From IMG/VR virus record IMGVR_UViG_2609459830_000025: 7,590 nt of DNA; one strand, written 5' to 3'. Positions within the stretch are counted from its first letter, which is position 1, and every line of letters starts with the position of its first letter. Below, piece by piece: positions 6,741 to 7,590 of the stretch. Both the position numbers and the translations under genes were made by a program. The notes beneath the pieces were generated by a model. The model made no database searches. It worked only from the letters and a program-made list of their open reading frames with translations, and was not told the DNA's origin. The DNA comes from a virus. Taxonomy: Duplodnaviria > Heunggongvirae > Uroviricota > Caudoviricetes.

Positions 6741-6884
6741 TTAGTGAATGCTTTTGCTTGATCTCAGTTTCAGTATTAATATCCATTTTTTATAAGCGTC
6801 GACGGCTTCACGAAACATCTTTTCATCGCCAATAAAAGTGGCGATAGTGAATTTAGTCTGGATAGCCATAAGTGTTTGATCCAT
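6741..6884 (-). CDS. kil: Kil, host cell-division inhibitor (47 aa)
   Basis: [47 protein letters not shown] from ATG at 6884 to TAA at 6741-6743. The ORF track's 89-aa version begins at an upstream in-frame ATG that I take to be an overcall. Confidence 0.85.
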   Translation of the reverse strand: MDQTLMAIQTKFTIATFIGDEKMFREAVDAYKKWILILKLRSSKSIH

Positions 6885-7017
6885 TCTTTGGGACTCCTGG
6901 CTGATTAAGTATGTCGATAAGGCGTTTCCATCCGTCACGTAATTTACGGGTGATTCGTTCAAGTAAAGATTCGGAAGGGCAGCCAGCAACAGGCCACCCT
7001 GCAATGGCATATTGCAT
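6853..7017 (-). CDS. cIII: CIII, FtsH inhibitor that stabilises CII (54 aa)
   Basis: [54 protein letters not shown] from ATG at 7017. The ORF track's 78-aa version starts at an upstream in-frame ATG. Confidence 0.9.
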   Translation of the reverse strand: MQYAIAGWPVAGCPSESLLERITRKLRDGWKRLIDILNQPGVPKNGSNTYGYPD

Positions 7018-7089
7018 GGTGTACTCCTTATTTATACATAACGAAAAACGCCTCGAGTGAAGCGTTATTGGTATGCGGTAAAGCCGCAC

Positions 7090-7113
7090 TCAGGCGGCCT
7101 TGATAGTCATATC
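7090..7113 (-). pseudogene. 3' remnant of ea10, truncated by the IS insertion
   Basis: Seven sense codons (DMTIKAA) plus a TGA stop at 7090-7092 lie at the position where lambda ea10 ends. The reading frame upstream of them is replaced by the IS terminus at 7114. Confidence 0.45.

Positions 7114-7590
<477 letters not shown>

Noticed and set aside
6741-7089. Extended versions of kil (89 aa) and cIII (78 aa) from upstream in-frame ATGs
   Set aside because: The recognised products are 47 and 54 aa and begin at the internal ATGs (6884 and 7017). The upstream extensions overlap neighbouring genes and have no support.
7075-7100. GCCGC/GCGGC hairpin followed by TTTACC on the minus strand between cIII and the ea10 remnant, a possible tL2-type terminator
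   Set aside because: Short 5-bp stem and weak T tract; it also overlaps the ea10 stop codon. Not enough evidence to call.

Overview
This window is the left end of a lambda-like prophage integrated at the canonical E. coli attB site next to ybhC. Reading left to right: the complete host gene ybhC (minus strand), the attL junction (15-bp core GCTTTTTTATACTAA at 1331-1345) with the P' arm, then the leftward early operon on the minus strand: int, xis, a 55-codon ORF, the exo-xis region small ORFs (a TraR-like orf73, orf61-like, orf63, orf60a), exo, bet, gam, kil and cIII. The window ends in an IS3-family insertion sequence (partial) that has landed in the 3' end of ea10. The most interesting part is about 2963-3937, where lambda would carry ea8.5 and ea22: here there is instead an AT-rich cassette with an opposite-strand gene (3135-3737) for a predicted 3-helix membrane protein with its own terminator. 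I propose it as a candidate lysogen-expressed accessory gene (superinfection exclusion or abortive infection), but its function is unassigned. Gene identities come from recognising the translated proteins and the att sequence; all comparisons with lambda rely on my memory of the reference, not on a database search, so single-base differences need checking by alignment. No tRNA, rRNA or CRISPR array was seen.
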